A DNA stretch of 64,000 nt from a bacterium (GTDB taxonomy: Bacteria > RBG-13-61-14 > DATKZS01). Position numbers and translations under genes: made by a program. Shown piece after piece: positions 62,541 to 64,000 of this stretch (within the stretch, counting starts at the first letter, position 1; each line of letters opens with the position of its first letter). The stretch covers positions 864,001-928,000 of the forward strand of contig CAXXFL010000001.1 in NCBI GenBank assembly GCA_963674965.2, read 5' to 3'. Under the pieces are notes generated by a model that had not been told where the DNA came from, did not search any database, and saw nothing but the letters and a program-made list of their open reading frames with translations.

Positions 62541-63524
62541 CTATAAAACCTTGGAATTCTCGCGGGCGGCCGCGACCCTCCGGGATATCTTCGCCCCGAG
62601 GGCCAAGAGGGGAACTATTAGCCATCCCCAGTACCACTTGACCAGCAAATAATGGGTTAGCCCTTTTCGGCGAGGAAGGCCGGATACCCTTCGCGGCGTG
62701 ACCTGACACGACTCGGGATCGCACTCGAGAAGAAAGTAGCCCTCTTCCTTGTCTGCCCCGTAACTGTATGCTCCCGAGTGGCCCGTCACCATAAGAGGGG
62801 ACCCCATAAAGGACCCCGTCTCGAACTTATGGTTGTGGGCGGCTAGCGTCATTTGCAGCTTGCGGCCCTCGAGGGCCCTCTCCAGTTCCTTGCTCATCTC
62901 GCTCGAGATACTTCTTATTTCCTGCTCGTTGGCCGGGGGCTTATGTAAAAGGAGCACGATATTGTCGCCGTCGGCGCTCTCCTTCTCGAGAGTACTCGAA
63001 AGCCATTCTATAGTCTCGCTAAACTTGTCGTCCTCGACGTCGTTCAGCGCCACGATCATGTTCGAGCCGAAGCGCCAGTAAAAATTGTCGGCCCCGAACT
63101 TCTTCCGGAAGAAGCTTCCCTTATTATCATGAAAGCCAACGTCGTGATTGCCGATGACCGGATAAAGCGGCAAGGGCCATCGGCCGTTCCCGGCCCTCTG
63201 AAGGAAAAGACGCCACTCGATTAAAAGCCCGCGGTGCACCGCGTCGCCCAGTAAAATGGCCACGTCGGCGCGGCTGGCGGCGTCGGCCAATATTGCCTCC
63301 ATCCCGTCCAGGTTGTCGTGCGCGTCACCCAGCACGGCAATACGCAGCCGGGCTGGATCGCGCAATACGATCTTACTCTCAACTGGCCCGGCGAAACTCG
63401 GGTAGGCGTAATCGGGCATGGCCGCTTCCGATGAGATATAAATCCAGAACGCTAAAGGTACAAGAATAAACGCCCATTCCAGGGCGGAAATAAAAAGCGC
63501 TCGTCTATTTGGCGTGGTCTTCAT
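62541..63524 (-). CDS. Membrane-anchored calcineurin-like metallophosphoesterase
   Basis: GDAH, GDAVHRG, GNHD, HKP, AHNH motifs; N- and C-terminal TM segments. Confidence 0.9.
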   Translation of the reverse strand: MKTTPNRRALFISALEWAFILVPLAFWIYISSEAAMPDYAYPSFAGPVESKIVLRDPARLRIAVLGDAHDNLDGMEAILADAASRADVAILLGDAVHRGLLIEWRLFLQRAGNGRWPLPLYPVIGNHDVGFHDNKGSFFRKKFGADNFYWRFGSNMIVALNDVEDDKFSETIEWLSSTLEKESADGDNIVLLLHKPPANEQEIRSISSEMSKELERALEGRKLQMTLAAHNHKFETGSFMGSPLMVTGHSGAYSYGADKEEGYFLLECDPESCQVTPRRVSGLPRRKGLTHYLLVKWYWGWLIVPLLALGAKISRRVAAARENSKVL

Positions 63525-63920
63525 AAAGAAGTCGCTGGGCCGTCCTTGCTAATAGAGTAATCCCCAACGCGACATTTTCCAAAAACGAGCCGGCGCCGAA
63601 AAAATTATCGCGGCGTCAGGTTTTTTATCCACATTTTGTCCAGAACACTTATTTAAGAAAAGGACTCTCCGCTATGTCTTTAATAAATAAGGAAATATAA
63701 TTTCGGCGATAAGGCACGGAAGTTGCCAGTAAATCAGACGTATCCTTCGAGTGGGTACGAATCTCATTCTCGAGCGGGGTTTTGAAAGTCGCGCCGCGAG
63801 CGGGCATGAAGGTTTATTTGCGATCGGCGGGTATTATCCGGAAAATGGAAGCGGTCGGGTCGACTTATCATACGCGCCCCTTGCCGCCGCCGGAAGACCG
63901 ATCTGAAGGAGGAGTAGGTT

Positions 63921-64000
63921 ATGAAAGTAAAAGGTTCGAGAAGTTGTATCTTGTTTTTGGCCATTGTGGCCGTATTGTTTATAGGCGGATCGGCCCAGGC
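63921..64000 (+). CDS. Start of a secreted protein running off the window
   Basis: AAGGAGGAG RBS; MKVKGSRSCILFLAIVAVLFIGGSAQ signal peptide. Confidence 0.65.
   Translation, partial: MKVKGSRSCILFLAIVAVLFIGGSAQ

Overview
GC-rich bacterial chromosomal window. Gene content suggests a deltaproteobacterium-like, probably uncultured lineage (inference only). In order it holds: an amino-acid uptake/catabolism cluster (atypical enolase-superfamily enzyme, SSS and HAAAP-type transporters, amidohydrolase, PLP enzyme, Kal-like hotdog protein); a 1701-aa secreted M6 metalloprotease; an AT-richer TetR/Tat-amidohydrolase segment; metF; a FadE24/FadE23-like acyl-CoA dehydrogenase pair; dprA-topA-queC; HU; rtcB; a complete minus-strand rRNA operon (16S-tRNAIle-tRNAAla-23S-5S); an accessory zone at 46.6-51.4 kb; a CDF::HflK fusion-hflC-hflK operon; a TPR GT-C glycosyltransferase; and a 7-PAS hybrid kinase. 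The accessory zone contains a truncated RHS/Ca-repeat gene, a repeat array, an LRR gene, a complete ISL3 and a Y1/RAYT-like remnant. The most unusual signal is the array at 47.56-48.48 kb. Its segments differ in length and sequence but all end at the same terminus (...GGGTTACCTG^TT) and begin at a GTT trinucleotide. Two copies sit beside rrn-type boxA motifs, and two junctions terminate interrupted ORFs in frame. Other highlights are the CDF-SPFH fusion operon and an apparently dead double PD-(D/E)XK protein facing rtcB. All family calls come from motif recognition by eye; no database search was run.
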